Counted from the first letter of the stretch, positions 28,660-38,106 are shown. The stretch is DNA of 64,000 nucleotides from Desulfosoma sp. (GCA_037481835.1 JBBFKW010000013.1:1-64000); one strand, 5' to 3'. A program made the numbers and translations. The notes: generated by a model not told the origin, from the letters alone.

Positions 28660-28693
28660 TTGACGAGCGCTATTCCAAAAAATATATAACGCT
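28660..28693 (+). promoter_or_regulatory. sigma70-like promoter overlapped by a ModE/TunR-type operator
   Basis: TTGACG(28660)-17 bp-TATATA. Operator CGCTATTCC-AAAAAA-TATATAACG (28668-28691) matches ModE consensus CGnTATATA-N6-TATATAnCG, with a perfect right half. Lies upstream of tupABC. Confidence 0.75.
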
Positions 28694-28834
28694 AAAGTTT
28701 GCGGAAGGTCGCCAGGAAATCCCCTGAGCAAGACCGCACCTTCAAAGGGTGCTTCTCTGGGGCACTGGGTTCTGGAATCGCGGGCAAGGATCAGACGGAT
28801 TTATTCACGTTGAAAGCCTGAGGAGGGGACGGCT

Positions 28835-29671
28835 ATGAAGAAGGCGATCCAAGGGGTATTGAGGCTTTTGGTGGTGCTGGGCGTTTTGGAATACGCAGCG
28901 GCCGGAAACGCGGAGACGCTCATGATGGCAACAACCACGAGCACGGATGCCACCGGCTTTCTGGACGCCCTGGCCCCCAAGGTCAAGGAAATCCTTCAAA
29001 TCGACCTGCGATGGGTGGCGACGGGAACGGGCAAGGCCTTGGAATTGGGAAAGCGATGCGATGTGGATATCCTCTTGGTGCATGCGCCGAGAGCCGAAAA
29101 GGAGTACGTGCAGCACGGTTACGGCGTCAACCGGCGAGTGCTGATGTATAACGATTTCGTCCTCGTCGGCCCCCCCTCGGACCCGGCGAAGGTCAAAGGT
29201 TCCGAGATTGAAGAAGCCATGCGGCGCATTGCAGGAAGCAAGGCCTCCTTCGTGAGCCGGGGGGATAATTCGGGCACGCATATGAAGGAGATAGAGCTCT
29301 GGCGTGCGGCGGGTCTTGCGGACGTCCCGTCTTATCCGGAATATCTGGAAACGGGTCAAGGGATGATGGCCACCCTGGAGGTCGCCTCTCAGCGACGCGC
29401 TTATACTCTGACGGACCGGGCGACGTTGGCGAAGTTCGGCGAGGACGCGCATCGAGCTTCTTCTTTGCCCGTTCTTGTGGAGGGAGCTGAATCTTTGAAG
29501 AACTACTACAGCCTTATTACCGTCAACCCTGAAAAATGCCCGAAAGTACGCGCTGCCTCGGCAGAGAAGTTTACGGAATGGATGGTGGGGCCGGAGGGGC
29601 AGGCCTTCATCGGAGCGTTTCGTGTGGGAGGAAGGCCGGTTTTCTTGCCGGATGCTCAGAGACGGCAGTGA
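28835..29671 (+). CDS. tupA: Tungstate ABC transporter substrate-binding protein
   Basis: Signal peptide, ATTTST tungstate motif, GTGKALELG, LVHAP, YNDFVLVGP, FVSRGDNSGTH. Confidence 0.93.
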   Translation: MKKAIQGVLRLLVVLGVLEYAAAGNAETLMMATTTSTDATGFLDALAPKVKEILQIDLRWVATGTGKALELGKRCDVDILLVHAPRAEKEYVQHGYGVNRRVLMYNDFVLVGPPSDPAKVKGSEIEEAMRRIAGSKASFVSRGDNSGTHMKEIELWRAAGLADVPSYPEYLETGQGMMATLEVASQRRAYTLTDRATLAKFGEDAHRASSLPVLVEGAESLKNYYSLITVNPEKCPKVRAASAEKFTEWMVGPEGQAFIGAFRVGGRPVFLPDAQRRQ

Positions 29672-29690
29672 ATTGGGGACTGCATGAGCC

Positions 29691-30407
29691 GTGTCTGCTG
29701 TTTGGGAGGCATCTTTTGTGGGGCCTTTTCTCGAGGCTTTGATCAGAGCATTTCGAATGATCCTCACGGTCGACCCGGAAGTCTATTCGGCCGTGGGGAC
29801 CACTCTTTATGTGTCCACAGTGTCCCTGGTCTTGAGCCTCCTGTTTGGGATTCCGGCGGGTTTCCTTCTGGGGTATGCGTCATTTCCCGGGCGCCGCGTT
29901 CTGCGCACCTTTGTGGATACCCTGCTATCCCTTCCCACGGTTCTCATCGGCCTTTTGGTTTACGGTCTCTTGACCCATAATGGACCCTTGGGGCGCTTTG
30001 AGCTTTTGTTCACCGTGCACGCCATCGTCATCGGTCAAAGCCTTTTGGGCTTTCCCATCGTGACGGCGCTTACGGCATCGGCCGTGGAGGCTTTGGATCA
30101 ACGCCTTCGCCTGACGCTTTTATCTTTGGGAGCCAGCCCGCTCCGGCGGTGTGCCACGAGTCTTCGTGAGGCCCGTTACGGGCTCTTGGCGGCTGCGGTG
30201 ACCGCCTACGGCAGGGTGCTCACGGAAGTGGGGATTGCCATCATGGTAGGAGGCAACATCAAGTGGCATACCCGCACGTTGACGACGGCCATCGCTCTGG
30301 AGACCAACAAAGGAGATTTTGCCGCCGGTATTGCGCTGGGACTCATTCTTCTTCTTATGGCTTCCGGCGTCAATGCGGCCCTCTATGGGTTGAGGAAAAG
30401 GGCCTAA
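29691..30407 (+). CDS. tupB: Tungstate ABC transporter permease
   Basis: LPTVLIGLLVY, GPLG..ELLFT, EVGIAIMVGGNIKWHTRTLTTAIALETNKG. Confidence 0.92.
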   Translation: MSAVWEASFVGPFLEALIRAFRMILTVDPEVYSAVGTTLYVSTVSLVLSLLFGIPAGFLLGYASFPGRRVLRTFVDTLLSLPTVLIGLLVYGLLTHNGPLGRFELLFTVHAIVIGQSLLGFPIVTALTASAVEALDQRLRLTLLSLGASPLRRCATSLREARYGLLAAAVTAYGRVLTEVGIAIMVGGNIKWHTRTLTTAIALETNKGDFAAGIALGLILLLMASGVNAALYGLRKRA

Positions 30408-30410
30408 GCC

Positions 30411-31142
30411 ATGCGGTTCTCGTCCTCGCCAGCCTGCAGCCGGTCCTTATCTTCTTGCCCCCTTCTCTACATCTTCCAGGACGTGGAACAAGCCTACAAG
30501 GGACGAACGGTCCTGTCGGTTGCGCGATGGTCCGTTCGGCGGGGGACCGTCCTGGGACTGGTGGGCCCCAACGGCAGCGGCAAGAGCACTCTGCTTCGGC
30601 TCATGGGCTTCGTGGAGTTTCCCGTTCGTGGGACGATCTTTTTCGAAGGCCGGCGGATTTCCCGAAAGGACGCGCAAGCTTTGCGCCTTGAGGTCACACT
30701 CCTGCCCCAGGATCCGTACCTTCTGGATCGGACCGTGGCCGACAATGTCGCTTACGGTTTATCGGTCCGCGGCGTTCGACGGGGTCGGGCGGCTCGAGTT
30801 CAGGAAGCCCTTCAATGGGTGGGTCTCGATCCCGGCGTTTTCGGAGGCCGGTCAGTGCGGGCTCTCTCAGGCGGTGAAGCGCGGCGGACGGCTCTGGCGG
30901 CCCGGTTGGCGGTCCGCCCACAGGTCCTCTTGCTGGATGAACCTACCGCCGAAATCGATGGGGACAGCGTTCAAAGGGTCCGGAGCGCGATCCTTCATGC
31001 GCGCTCCAATTGGGGAGCGACTGTGGTGGTCACGAGCCACGATAGGGAGTGGCTCTTGACTTTCTGTGACGAAATCCAAGAAATGCGCGACGGCCGTCTT
31101 ACAGGCCCCATTGCGGCGAAAGCCACCATAGGGGTCCAATAA
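30411..31142 (+). CDS. tupC: Tungstate ABC transporter ATP-binding protein
   Basis: GPNGSGKST, LSGGE, LLLDEPTA, VTSHD. Third gene of the tup operon. Confidence 0.88.
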   Translation: MRFSSSPACSRSLSSCPLLYIFQDVEQAYKGRTVLSVARWSVRRGTVLGLVGPNGSGKSTLLRLMGFVEFPVRGTIFFEGRRISRKDAQALRLEVTLLPQDPYLLDRTVADNVAYGLSVRGVRRGRAARVQEALQWVGLDPGVFGGRSVRALSGGEARRTALAARLAVRPQVLLLDEPTAEIDGDSVQRVRSAILHARSNWGATVVVTSHDREWLLTFCDEIQEMRDGRLTGPIAAKATIGVQ

Positions 31143-31250
31143 TGGATCGAATGGATGATCGTGGCCTGTCGGCTGCCGGCGGCTCCACGAAAGAGCGGCT
31201 CGTCGGGGCTGCACTTCATCGGGAGCTTGAGCCCTTGATCGCAGGAGCCC

Positions 31251-33212
31251 TCACGAAACCTTGGACCCGGGGGCTACGGGGGCGTCCGTGGTGATGAGCC
31301 GCAGGCCGTGCGGATCGTGGGCGGCCAGGATCATGCCGTGGGATTCCACGCCCATGAGGCGCGCGGGTTTGAGGTTGGCCACCAGGATCACCGTCTTTCC
31401 CACCAGATCTTCCGGGGCGTAGTGTTCCCCAATGCCGGCCACCACTTGGCGGGTTTCCCCCATATCCACAAGGAGTTTCACCAGCTTTTTCGATTTGGGG
31501 ACCCGTTCGGCGGCGAGCACTACGGCGCTGCGAAGATCCAGGCGCTGAAAGGCGTCGATGCCGATGAGTTCGCCCCGGGCGGGCGTTTCGCCGCCGCCCT
31601 CTGGTTTTCGGTCCCGGGCTTTCGGGGCCGAAGGGGCCCCATCGGCCGGTCCTTCGGCGGGCGCCGGCTGCTTTTTGACGTCCACTCGGGGAAACAGGGC
31701 GTCTCCCTTTTCCACCGCCGTCCCTTCGCTCAAGCCGCCCCACGCCGCGTCCCGATCCAGTCGAACGTCCAGGGCCGCTCGAGGGATTCCCAGGCGGGCG
31801 AGCATCTTTTCGGCGGTTTGCGGCATGAAGGGCGCCATAAGGACCGCCACGGTCTTGTTCACTTCCAGCAGGGTGCGGATGACCCTTTGGAGGCGGCCGA
31901 GCCGGGCCGGGTCTTTGGCCAGATCCCACGGGGCGGCGCGGTCGATGTACTTGTTGGCCGCGTTGATGACGTCCCAGACGGCCATGAGGGCCTTGTGGAA
32001 GGCCAACTGCGGGATTTCTTCGCGGTAAATGCCGACGGCCTGTTCCAGGTCCGATCGCAGAGCGGCGTCTTCAGGCTCTTCGGGATCTCCGAAAGGCGGC
32101 ACCGCGCCGCCGAAATATCGGCCGGTCATGGCCAGGGTGCGGCTGAAGAGGTTGCCCAGATCGTTGGCGAGGTCCGCATTGAGGCGCTGGACCAGGGCCT
32201 CTTCGCTGAAGTTGGCGTCCAGGCCGAAGACCATTTCCCGAAGCAGGAAATACCGGAAGGCGTCGAGCCCGTAGGTGGGGGCCAGATCCAGGGGGCGCAC
32301 CACCGTGCCTCGGCTCTTGCTCATCTTGCCTTCGTTGATTTTCCAATACCCGTGCACGTTCAGATGCCGGTACGGTTCGATGCCGGCCGCCTTGAGCATG
32401 GTGGGCCAGTAAATGCCGTGGGGCTTCAGGATGTCCTTGGCGATGAGGTGTTGGGCCACGGTCCAGAATTTTTCAAAAAGCTCCCCGTCGGGATAGCCCA
32501 GGGCCGAAACATAATTGATGAGGGCGTCGAACCACACGTAGGTGACGAACCGTTCGTCGAAAGGCAGCGGTATGCCCCAGCTCAACCGTTCCCGGGGCCT
32601 GGAAATGCACAGGTCTTCCAAGGGTTCCCGCAGAAAGGCCAACACTTCGTTCTTGTACCTTTCCGGCCGGATAAAGTCCGGGTTCTGCTCGATATGGTCG
32701 ATGAGCCACTGCTGGTAGGCGCTCATGCGGAAAAAGTAGTTGGCTTCCTCCCGTTCCACGGGGGGCGTGTCATGGTCGGGGCACTTGCCGTCCACGAGTT
32801 CCCGGTCCGTGATGAACCGTTCGCAGCCCACGCAATAGCGCCCTCGGTACGTGTCAAAGTAGATGTCGCCGTTGTCGTAGACCTTTTGGAGAATGTATTG
32901 GACCACCCGAATGTGGCGCGCTTCCGTGGTGCGGATGAAATCGTCGTGACTGATGTTCAGCTTGGGCCACGTGTCCCGAAAGAGGGCGCTGATGCGATCG
33001 GCATAGCTTTGGGGATCGGTCCCGGCGGCTTCGGCCGCCTGAACGATCTTATCGCCGTGTTCGTCCGTTCCCGTGAGGAAGTAGGTTTCATAGCCCATGA
33101 GGCGATGGAATCGGTTGAGCACGTCGGCGACGATGGTCGTGTAGGCGTGGCCGATATGAGGTTCCGCATTGACGTAATAGATGGGTGTCGTGACATAGAA
33201 GCGCTTTTCCAT
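31251..33212 (-). CDS. metG: Methionyl-tRNA synthetase
   Basis: YYVNAEPHIGH, TGTDEHG, Zn knuckle CVGC...CPDH, YVWFDAL, KMSKS, C-terminal tRNA-binding OB domain. Confidence 0.97.
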   Translation of the reverse strand: MEKRFYVTTPIYYVNAEPHIGHAYTTIVADVLNRFHRLMGYETYFLTGTDEHGDKIVQAAEAAGTDPQSYADRISALFRDTWPKLNISHDDFIRTTEARHIRVVQYILQKVYDNGDIYFDTYRGRYCVGCERFITDRELVDGKCPDHDTPPVEREEANYFFRMSAYQQWLIDHIEQNPDFIRPERYKNEVLAFLREPLEDLCISRPRERLSWGIPLPFDERFVTYVWFDALINYVSALGYPDGELFEKFWTVAQHLIAKDILKPHGIYWPTMLKAAGIEPYRHLNVHGYWKINEGKMSKSRGTVVRPLDLAPTYGLDAFRYFLLREMVFGLDANFSEEALVQRLNADLANDLGNLFSRTLAMTGRYFGGAVPPFGDPEEPEDAALRSDLEQAVGIYREEIPQLAFHKALMAVWDVINAANKYIDRAAPWDLAKDPARLGRLQRVIRTLLEVNKTVAVLMAPFMPQTAEKMLARLGIPRAALDVRLDRDAAWGGLSEGTAVEKGDALFPRVDVKKQPAPAEGPADGAPSAPKARDRKPEGGGETPARGELIGIDAFQRLDLRSAVVLAAERVPKSKKLVKLLVDMGETRQVVAGIGEHYAPEDLVGKTVILVANLKPARLMGVESHGMILAAHDPHGLRLITTDAPVAPGSKVS

Positions 33213-33215
33213 GCG

Positions 33216-34130
33216 TCATATCCCTTCTTCATCGTCCTCGTCGGGCTGCGTTTCAGGCTCGGTTCGGCGGCCCCCCTCCCTACCCCGCGACGCACAGGGC
33301 GAGGCCGAACGGGGGCATCCGCTCCCCTTGGGCGTCTCTTCCGGAAGGGGCCCGTAGGAAATTTCCATTTCTTCGCCGCTTTCCAAAAGGACGGTGATGG
33401 TGCGGTCCATCACGTTTTGGCGGATGACCTTTCCGCGGCCTTTGGGGGTGTCCACTTTTTTTCCCAGCTTGGGCATGCCCTGTTTGTATTGGCGATAGAC
33501 GTCGTATTCGTACTGGAGGCAGCACATGAGTCGCCCGCAGGCTCCGGAAATCTTGCCGGGGTTCAGGCTGAGGTTCTGTTCCTTGGCCATCTTGATGGAA
33601 ACGGGATGAAAATTCCTGAGAAACGTGGCGCAGCACAAGGGCCGTCCGCAGGTGCCCAGGCCGCCCACCATCTTGGCCTGGTTGCGCACGCCGATCTGGC
33701 GAAGTTCCACGCGGGTGCGGAAGCGCCGCACCAGGTCTTTGACCAGCTCGCGGAAATCCACGCGGGTTTCGGCCGTAAAATAGAAGATGATTTTGGATCG
33801 GTCGAAAAAACATTCCACGTCCACCAGGTTCATGGGCAGGTTCAATTCCTGGATGCGTTCGAGGCAGAACTTTTCGGCCTCCTCCTCAAAACGCATGTTG
33901 TCGAAATGCTTTTCGATTTCTTCAGCACGAGCGGGCCTCTCTATGGGCTTGATTTCCTTGGGGTGCACGTCGGGGTTCTTGACGAACGGCCCTTCCACCA
34001 CTTCTCCCAAGCCCATGCCCTGTTCGGTGTGGACGACCACGTAGTCGCCCTTGCGCACGTCCCAGCCGCCCGGGTCAAAATGATAGATTTTTCCTCCCTC
34101 TCGGAAACGGATACCGATGACCTTGTCCAT
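33216..34130 (-). CDS. ricT: PSP1-domain protein (RicT/YaaT family)
   Basis: RVDFRELVKDL, RVELRQIGVRN, GTCGRPLCC, KMAKEQNLSLNP.KISG.CGRLMCCL. Confidence 0.92.
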   Translation of the reverse strand: MDKVIGIRFREGGKIYHFDPGGWDVRKGDYVVVHTEQGMGLGEVVEGPFVKNPDVHPKEIKPIERPARAEEIEKHFDNMRFEEEAEKFCLERIQELNLPMNLVDVECFFDRSKIIFYFTAETRVDFRELVKDLVRRFRTRVELRQIGVRNQAKMVGGLGTCGRPLCCATFLRNFHPVSIKMAKEQNLSLNPGKISGACGRLMCCLQYEYDVYRQYKQGMPKLGKKVDTPKGRGKVIRQNVMDRTITVLLESGEEMEISYGPLPEETPKGSGCPRSASPCASRGREGGRRTEPETQPDEDDEEGI

Positions 34131-35142
34131 AAACCACATCCTTAATCTTCAAGCACACGGCTTCCATAAGGAGCTGTTTGGAAACGTGTGCGCGGAGATG
34201 CTGTTCGGCGGTTTCCAGCACGTCGAGCACATGCAGCAGTTTTTTCAAGTCGGCTTTATTCCATGGAGCCCACACGGTTTCGCCTTCTGCCGCACGTCCC
34301 CGGCCCTGTTCCACATGATGCACCAAAGCTTCGCGCACCGAGAACTTAATACATTCCAAATCCTGTTCCAAGTCTTCCGTTTCTTTGACCCATTGGGCCA
34401 CGTCCAGGAAGAAATCCATCATGGGGCTCTGCAGGAGCCTTTCCAACCGGCCCATGACGGCCTCCATCCGTTGCAGTCGGTTTTCGCGAACCCAGGCGCG
34501 GGCTTTTTCCAGGCTCCCGAAGGAATGGCGGGCGAGCCTGGCGGCGGTCTTGTCGTCGAGGGAAAATTCGGATCGCAGGGCCGAGGCCACGATGGCGTCG
34601 TCCAGGGGCCGACAGCGGATGTGGCAGCACCGGGACACGATGGTGGGCAGCAGGCTGTAGGGTTCGGGGGCCAAGAGGAAAAAAAGGGTGGACGCCGGGG
34701 GTTCTTCGAGGATTTTCAGCAGGGCGTTGGAGGCTTCCTCGGTGAGATCCTGGCTGTCTTCGATGAGGATCACCCGCCGCCGGGCTTCGTAAGGGTGCAC
34801 CCGGCATCGTTCTTTCAGCGCGCGAATTTGGGCGAGCTTGATGGAGGCCCCGTCTTTGGCGATGACCAGCACGTCTGGGTGAACTCCGCGGGCGATCTTG
34901 AGACACGCGGCGCAATGCTGGCAGGCCATGGCCCCGGCCGCATCAAGGGGATGGGCGCCGTGGGGGGAGTAGGGCGGTTCCAGGCAGTTGACGGCCTTGG
35001 CGCATTCCAGGGCCAGGGCCTTTTTGCCCACACCGGGCATTCCCGTAAAGAGCACGGCGTGGGGAAGTTTTTGCCTTTGGATCATGCGCAAAAGGACGCG
35101 CCGGGCATGGGGTTGAACCAAAAATCCTTCAGGAACGGTCAT
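34075..35142 (-). CDS. holB: DNA polymerase III delta-prime subunit
   Basis: PHAVLFTGMPGVGK, CQHCAAC zinc module, HPDV, EASNALLKILEEPP, LPTIVSRC. Lies between tmk and ricT. Confidence 0.92.
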   Translation of the reverse strand: MTVPEGFLVQPHARRVLLRMIQRQKLPHAVLFTGMPGVGKKALALECAKAVNCLEPPYSPHGAHPLDAAGAMACQHCAACLKIARGVHPDVLVIAKDGASIKLAQIRALKERCRVHPYEARRRVILIEDSQDLTEEASNALLKILEEPPASTLFFLLAPEPYSLLPTIVSRCCHIRCRPLDDAIVASALRSEFSLDDKTAARLARHSFGSLEKARAWVRENRLQRMEAVMGRLERLLQSPMMDFFLDVAQWVKETEDLEQDLECIKFSVREALVHHVEQGRGRAAEGETVWAPWNKADLKKLLHVLDVLETAEQHLRAHVSKQLLMEAVCLKIKDVVYGQGHRYPFPRGRKNLSF

Positions 35143-35827
35143 GGCGGATCTCTCGGAAAAAGTTCCGGTCTTCGGCCGGGTTGCAAGGAAGAACGCGCCT
35201 GAGGGCCGCCGTGACGTCTGCCACAACCTGTGCCGCATCCCGGTTCGCATCGATGACGACGAACCGCTTCGAATCCCTTCGGGCGAGATCCAGGTATCCG
35301 CGTCGGACCCGTTCCATGAAGTCTTTCGCTTCCCGTTCCATTCTGTCGTGGAGACCCGGCCTTCGGGACAGCCGATCCCATGCCGTGGCCACCGTGCAGT
35401 CCAAAAGAACAGTGATGTCGGGAAAAAGGCCTCCAAGGACGATCTCTTGCACCTTAAGGATGGGCTCGGCTCCCAACCCGCGGCCGTGGCCTTGGTAGGC
35501 CACGGTGGCGTCCCGGAATCGATCGGCCAGGATCCATTCTCCCCGTTCCAGCGATGGAACGATGGTTTCCCAAGCTTGCTGAGCTTGGCTGGCCGCATAA
35601 AGGCACGCTTCCGCCCACGGGGCCATGGGGGAATACCGGGGATCGAGAAGGATTCGGCGAAGGCTCTCGCCCAGGGCCGTGCCGCCGGGTTCGCGAAGGA
35701 CCTTGACGATCCGTCCCTGTCGTTCGATCCATCGGCGGATGGATTCCACCACCGTGGACTTTCCGGCCCCGTCGATCCCTTCGATGCTGATAAACACACC
35801 GCGCCTTGAGGGTTCAGGCATCGTCAT
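35129..35827 (-). CDS. tmk: Thymidylate kinase
   Basis: FISIEGIDGAGKST, REPGGT, ADRF...AYQG.GRG, PDITVLLD. Confidence 0.95.
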   Translation of the reverse strand: MTMPEPSRRGVFISIEGIDGAGKSTVVESIRRWIERQGRIVKVLREPGGTALGESLRRILLDPRYSPMAPWAEACLYAASQAQQAWETIVPSLERGEWILADRFRDATVAYQGHGRGLGAEPILKVQEIVLGGLFPDITVLLDCTVATAWDRLSRRPGLHDRMEREAKDFMERVRRGYLDLARRDSKRFVVIDANRDAAQVVADVTAALRRVLPCNPAEDRNFFREIRHDRS

Positions 35828-36914
35828 GGGCGTTGCCTTTGTCCGTGAAGCCGGGCCACAAAGGCAGCTGGCGGCCTTCCCGGCATGCGGCGGAGGGCGG
35901 CTCGGGCCCGGGGGTATGCGACCCCGGCTCATCCTTCCGGGGGCCTTTATAGAAATATCGCTTGTATAGGGACTGGAAGGCCGTCCACAGAGAATCGGGG
36001 TCGTCGTTTCTTGCCATGAGGTTTTCCAGGTTGTTCATTTTGGCGTCCAGATCGTCGGCGAAATGCAGGGCCATGGCCTCGCGGGTCATGGGGCTCCGAA
36101 CGGCGCCCAATTCGGGTTCTCCGTGGTGGCTGAGGATCATGTGCTTGAGAAGGACGGCCGTCTCTTCAGGGAAGTTATTGCATGCGGCGATCTTGGCGTT
36201 CAGGATTTCCACCCCTAGGACCATGTGACCCACGAGTCGCCCCGCGTCGGAATAATCGATGACGAGATCGTAGGTGAATTCGCGGACCTTGCCGATGTCA
36301 TGGAGGAAGGCTCCCATGAGGAGGATGTCCTGGTCCAGGGATGGGTACTGGGTGCCGATGAGGGTGGCGAGGTGCATCACGCCCACGGTATGTTCCAGGA
36401 GGCCGCCCACGTAGGCGTGATGGAAGTCTTTGCCTGCCGGCGCCTTGCCAAAAGCATCCATGAGGGCTCTATCGGCCAAGAACGCCCGGATCAGCTCGCG
36501 ATGGGTTTTGCTCTGCACCTTTTGGAGCAGGCCCTTCAGGGCCTTCCACAGCGCGTGGGGATCCTTGGGGCAGACCGGAAGAAAATCGGACGGGTCCACG
36601 GCGTCCCGGGGCACGGGTTCCATGTCCTGAATATGGATCTGGATCTCGTCTCGGAAGAGTTCGCTTCGCCCCTGGATGCGCAGGACCTTGTGGCCCGAAA
36701 GGTTCTGGGCTGCTTGGGCGGCGTTTTCCCACAGCCGAGCCGTCACGGTGCCGGTCTTGTCGCGGAGTGTTAGAGTGAGAAACGGCTTTCCGTTTTTGGC
36801 CGTGCGCAGCTGTTTTTCTTCCACCACGAAGGTGCCGGCCACGACTTGGTTCGGCATGATGTCGGCAATCCGTTGTCCGGGATTGCCTTTGGATCGGCAC
36901 GATGCATCGGCCAT
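35814..36914 (-). CDS. YhaM-like 3'-5' exoribonuclease (OB fold + HD domain); start uncertain
   Basis: KNGKPFLTLTLRDKTG OB fold, HHAYVGGLLEH, LHDIGK, GRLVGH, ILSHHG, ADDLDAK. Confidence 0.88.
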   Translation of the reverse strand: MADASCRSKGNPGQRIADIMPNQVVAGTFVVEEKQLRTAKNGKPFLTLTLRDKTGTVTARLWENAAQAAQNLSGHKVLRIQGRSELFRDEIQIHIQDMEPVPRDAVDPSDFLPVCPKDPHALWKALKGLLQKVQSKTHRELIRAFLADRALMDAFGKAPAGKDFHHAYVGGLLEHTVGVMHLATLIGTQYPSLDQDILLMGAFLHDIGKVREFTYDLVIDYSDAGRLVGHMVLGVEILNAKIAACNNFPEETAVLLKHMILSHHGEPELGAVRSPMTREAMALHFADDLDAKMNNLENLMARNDDPDSLWTAFQSLYKRYFYKGPRKDEPGSHTPGPEPPSAACREGRQLPLWPGFTDKGNAHDDA

Positions 36915-37085
36915 AGACTGTGCGTCCTTCGCTTCTTGGTCACGGATCCCCGCCGCTCGGGCGATCGAACCGATACTACAGGATCGCCCTGTTTTTTCAA
37001 CGGCATCGTCGGATCCCGCATCATCGCGTCTTGTCACGGCCCGGGAAAGACCCTAGGATGAGGCGAAAAACACGGAGGAGACGCC

Positions 37086-38060
37086 ATGGAAATCATCGCC
37101 AAGTTGGGATCCCTCTTGGGCCTTTCTTTTATCTGTGGGGTCAACCTCTACGCCACCGTGGCCGTGGTGGGCTTGTGCCTCAAACACGGCCTGGTGCACG
37201 GGCTTCCCCCGGAATTGTCCGTTTTGGCCAACGATGCCGTTATCTTCGTCGCGCTCTTTCTCTACGTTGTGGAATTCGTCATCGACAAGATCCCGGGCCT
37301 GGACACTTTATGGGATACCTTGCATACGGTCATCCGCCCTCTTGGAGGCGCCCTGATGGCCGTGCTCCAAGTGGGTGAAGGGTCTCCGGCCCTGGAAGTC
37401 ATCGCCTTCATGATCGGGGCGAGCTTGGCTTCGGCGGCCCATATGACCAAGGCGGGCACGCGGCTGCTGGTGCAGGCGAGCCCGGAACCGTTTTCCAACA
37501 TGGTGCTGAGTGTGGGCGAAGATGTTTTCACCGTGGCCTATGCCTATCTTTCCCTGGCTTATCCCCGATGGACCTTTTTCATCACCCTAATCTTGGCGGC
37601 GGCGGTCGCCGTGTTCCTTCCCGTGTTGTTCCGAGCCGTGTCCATGGGGGTGCGCGCCTTGGGACACCGCCTCGTTTCGGCTTTCGGCTCCCGATCGTCC
37701 GAAAACCCGATGATGCATCTCACCTGTGCTGCGGAATCGGCTTACGACACCGTGCGGGAAGAGGGGGAGGAGATCCTGTGGGCCGGCAAGGCCTTTGCCA
37801 TGCGTCTGCCGGGGGTGCCCCGCTACGCTCCCGTGCACATGATCCTTTCCGATCGCGCCGTCACGGTTTTTTTCCACCGCTTTTTCCAAGGGCGCCTCAA
37901 GAGGCTGCAGCGCTCGGACGTCTCCCGGGCGGCCGTCTATCCCGGAAAGCTCCTTGCCGTCTGCGCCTTTTACAATGCCGCAACCCCTTGGACTCTCGGC
38001 GTGTATCGGGCCTTGGCCCGGACCTTGCCGTCCCGGTGGTTTCCCCGAGGCGCGCCCTGA
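37086..38060 (+). CDS. DUF4126-like multi-TM membrane protein with C-terminal PH-like domain
   Basis: GLSFICGVNLYA, EFVIDKIPGLDTLWD..HTVIRP.GGA, KAGTR..V..SPEPFSN..LS..ED are typical of DUF4126. About 110-aa soluble beta-rich tail. RBS GGAGGAG. Confidence 0.8.
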   Translation: MEIIAKLGSLLGLSFICGVNLYATVAVVGLCLKHGLVHGLPPELSVLANDAVIFVALFLYVVEFVIDKIPGLDTLWDTLHTVIRPLGGALMAVLQVGEGSPALEVIAFMIGASLASAAHMTKAGTRLLVQASPEPFSNMVLSVGEDVFTVAYAYLSLAYPRWTFFITLILAAAVAVFLPVLFRAVSMGVRALGHRLVSAFGSRSSENPMMHLTCAAESAYDTVREEGEEILWAGKAFAMRLPGVPRYAPVHMILSDRAVTVFFHRFFQGRLKRLQRSDVSRAAVYPGKLLAVCAFYNAATPWTLGVYRALARTLPSRWFPRGAP

Positions 38061-38106
38061 AGGGCCGAGCGAAGACGACGCCATCCTTTCCCGCATCGAG
38101 GGATGA

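Noticed and set aside
28703..28795. tRNA-Sec (selC)-like look: starts GGAAG and contains CTTCAAA
   Set aside because: No matching 3' acceptor strand (CTTCC-GCCA), no T-arm GTTCGA, and the stem places TCA off the anticodon position.
31308..34145. 945-aa plus-strand ORF and other long antisense ORFs (e.g. 3259-4269, 15841-17943, 26342-28555, 41802-43784, 57822-60134)
   Set aside because: Shadow frames opposite well-supported genes; expected in high-GC DNA and lacking recognisable motifs.
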